This document shows, in pieces, positions 61,501-64,000 of a stretch of 64,000 nt of DNA. Where the stretch lies: NCBI RefSeq assembly GCF_902713615.1, contig NC_052162.1, forward strand, positions 123,962,653-124,026,652, written 5' to 3'. The position numbers were made by a program, and so were the translations under genes. The DNA is from Scyliorhinus canicula (Eukaryota). The notes beneath the pieces are model-generated. The model did not search any database. It saw only the letters and a list, made by a program, of their open reading frames with translations, and was not told the origin of the DNA. The number at the start of each line of letters is the position of its first letter. Position 1 is the stretch's first letter.

Positions 61501-61558
61501 GGAGGATAACGGAGAGGTGAGAGCAGCGATCGCTAGATCAGCGAGGAGGATAACGGAG
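58517..61558. repeat. CpG-rich tandem satellite, 44/42-bp unit, ~70 copies
   Basis: Unit AGAGCAGCGATCGCTAGATCAGCGAGGAGGATAACGGAGCGGTG. Confidence 0.99.
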
Positions 61559-61825
61559 GCCAACATACTATTTGCCTTCTTTACTGCCTTCTGTATCTGT
61601 GCGTTTACTTTCAGCGACTGATGCACGAGGACTCCAAGTTCTCGCTGAGTATCCACCTCTCACAACTTACACCCATTCAAATAATAATCTGCTTGACTAT
61701 TTTTGCTGCCAAAGCTGTAAAAGGAGCATGGAGCTGAATCTGGAACTGAAAGGGGATTTGGATATGAAGGGAGGCAGACTGGTACCGAATGAGTATCTGC
61801 CTTTACCACAGAACTTGGTGTCCAA

Positions 61826-62030
61826 GGCATTGCTGCCTCATGGCACCGAGGACCCTGGTTCGATCCCGGCCCCGGGTCACTGTCCGTGTGGAGTTTGCAC
61901 ATTCTCGCAGTGACTGTGTGGGTCCCACCCCCACAACCCAAAAACAGATGTGCAGGGTAGTTGGATTGGCCGTGCTAAATTGTCCCTTAATTATAAAAAA
62001 AAATTGGCTACTCTAAATTTATTTTAAAAA
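61826..62030 (+). mobile_element. tRNA-derived SINE (5'-truncated)
   Basis: GGTTCGATCCC B box; flanked by a direct repeat AGAACTTGGTGTCCAAG (61810, 62030). Confidence 0.8.
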
Positions 62031-62684
62031 GAACTTGGTGTCCAAGCCAGAGTGAAAAAGGAGGGAGTCGAGACACTGATGGGTTAAACGTTGACAGCGA
62101 GGTATTTGATAGGCTGAATTTACTGAAAATCGGTAAGTTACCAGAACCGGATGAGACAGATTTAAGGATACGGAGTTTATATTAACTACAAAGGGGAAGA
62201 ACACAGCAGGAGAACAGCAGAGGTTACAGAGATAGAGAGGGTCACAGGTGCTGAAGGAGGTTTCAGAATTCAGGAGTGTTGTAGGGGTAGACAATGTTAC
62301 AGAGATAGAGAGGGTTGTCGGGGCTAAAATAATTTTTACACAGAGAGGGAAACCTACATGGATAGCAGGATGCCGGGGACAGAGGGAGGGCTGTGGGGGA
62401 TGTAGGGTTATGCATGAAGGTCCCTCCTTCTCAATGTTGCCCCTCACCTGAGGTATGGTGATCCTCAGGTTAAATCACCACAAGTTAGCGCTCCCCCTCT
62501 CAGGGGAAAGCAGCCTATAGTTATCTGCAACTATTGCAACTTACTTACTTTACTGTAGGGGAGGGAACTATTATAGAGATAGGGAAGGTTGTTGGGGCTG
62601 TAGGATGTATGAAAGTTCAGGTGGGGTGTAACATCGATAGGAGGTTTCAAAGATAGGAAGTGTTGTAGGGATGGGAGGAAGCTA

Positions 62685-63242
62685 CAGAGATAGAGTGTGT
62701 TGTAGGGGCTGGAGGATGTTACAGAGATAGAGTGTCTTGTAGGGGCTGGAGGATGTTACAGAGATAGAGAGTGTTGTAGGGGCTGGAGGATGTTACAGAG
62801 ATAGAGAGTGTTGTAAGGGCTGGAGGATGTTACAGAGGTAGAGTGTTGTCGGGGCTGGAGGATGTGACAGAGATAGAGAGTGTTGTAGGAGCTGGAGGAT
62901 GTTACAGAGATAGAGAGTGTTGTAAGGGCTGGAGGACGTTACAGAGGTAGAGTGTTGTCGGGGCTGGAAGATGTTACAGAGATAGAGAGTGTTGTAGGGG
63001 CTGGAGGATGTTACAGAGATAGAGAGTGTTGTAGGGGCTGGAGGATGTTACAGAGATATAGAGTGTTGTAGGGGCTGGAGGATGTTACAGAGATATAGAG
63101 TGTTGTAGGGGCTGGAGGATGTTACAGAGATAGAGAGTATTGTAGGGGCTGGAGGATGTGACAGAGATAGAGAGTGTTGTCGGGGCTGGAGGATGTTACA
63201 GAGATAAAGAGTGTTGTAGGGGCTGGAGGATGTTACAGAGAG
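62685..63242. repeat. 35-37 bp minisatellite with degenerate flanking copies
   Basis: Unit AGAGAGTGTTGTAGGGGCTGGAGGATGTTACAGAGAT, ~15 copies. Confidence 0.95.
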
Positions 63243-64000
63243 AGGGAGAATTGTACAGATGAGAAGGTAACAGGCTTGGGGGATATTAAGAGTCTCAACA
63301 CAGTAACTGGGATGGAGAGAGTTTTATGGCTATTGGGATTGTCAGACAAGGGAGCATTGAGGAGATACAGCAATAGTGGGTATTTTTAGAGGCCGGGGAA
63401 GATTACAGCACTGTGTGCATTGTGGGGGCATCGAGGATTTCACAGAAAGAAGAGGTTGGAGGGGCTTGAAGAGGTTCCAGGGATAAGGGAGGGTTGCAGG
63501 GGCTGGAGGGTTGCAGCATCTGGAGGAGATTGCTGTGATTTGATTTGCTATCTAAGAGTTGAGCTAACGGGTGTTATGGAGGGTGGAAGGGATGCAGGAA
63601 CTGTAGAATATTACAATGATAAACAGGGTTATACCTCTTAATGAGGTTAGAGAAATAGGGATAGTTTTGGGATTGGAGGATGTTACAGAGATAGGAAGGG
63701 TTTTGGGAGCTGGAGGATATCGGATGGAGCCTCTGAATGACAAACTCAGATCGGAAGGGGTGAAGGTTTAGTGGATGGTAAAGAGAACTGGAGGGTTCTA
63801 GTGGGAGGAAAATGTTAGATTGATGGGGAGCGTTGCAGAGATTGGAATTGGTAACAGAGACAGGGAGAGTTAGATGGTCTGGATGTACCAAGAGAGATCA
63901 GGCGTGGGGTTCTGCGGTTCCCCAGCCGTGTGGTTCTCGGCGACGCGCCATTCGCCGGCGGTGGGATTCTTTTTGTTGAAATATTTTATTGGGGGCATTT

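Noticed and set aside
58517-61558. CRISPR-like array
   Set aside because: Units are head-to-tail with no unique spacers, there are no cas genes, and the context is vertebrate.

Overview
Eukaryotic (vertebrate) DNA, most likely from a cartilaginous fish given the HE1/SacSINE1-type SINEs and the CR1, Rex1/Babar and L1/Tx1 LINEs. About 0-30 kb is a cluster of three effector-less C2H2 zinc-finger genes. Two lie head-to-head around a shared CCAAT/CRE/NRF1 promoter, and the third belongs to an inverted copy of the promoter, intron, ZNF exon and Rex-LINE module. All three carry degenerate zinc fingers upstream of the ATG with an in-frame TGA at the same position. Between them is a nest of retroelements: a CR1 hosts a TSD-flanked, ORF1-only 'half-L1'-like element, which hosts an LSM4 processed pseudogene, which hosts a SINE. 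30-41 kb holds SINEs, a solo LTR, an LTR-element remnant with a tRNA-Ser primer site, an L1 ORF2 fragment and an assembly gap. 42-55 kb is a tandem duplication carrying an unknown acidic ORF and an orphan PDE4 terminal exon; the second copy is interrupted by a near full-length CR1. 55-64 kb has Harbinger/Gypsy debris, a ~3 kb CpG-rich 44-bp satellite and a 35-37 bp minisatellite. Family assignments come from motif recognition by eye, with no database search.
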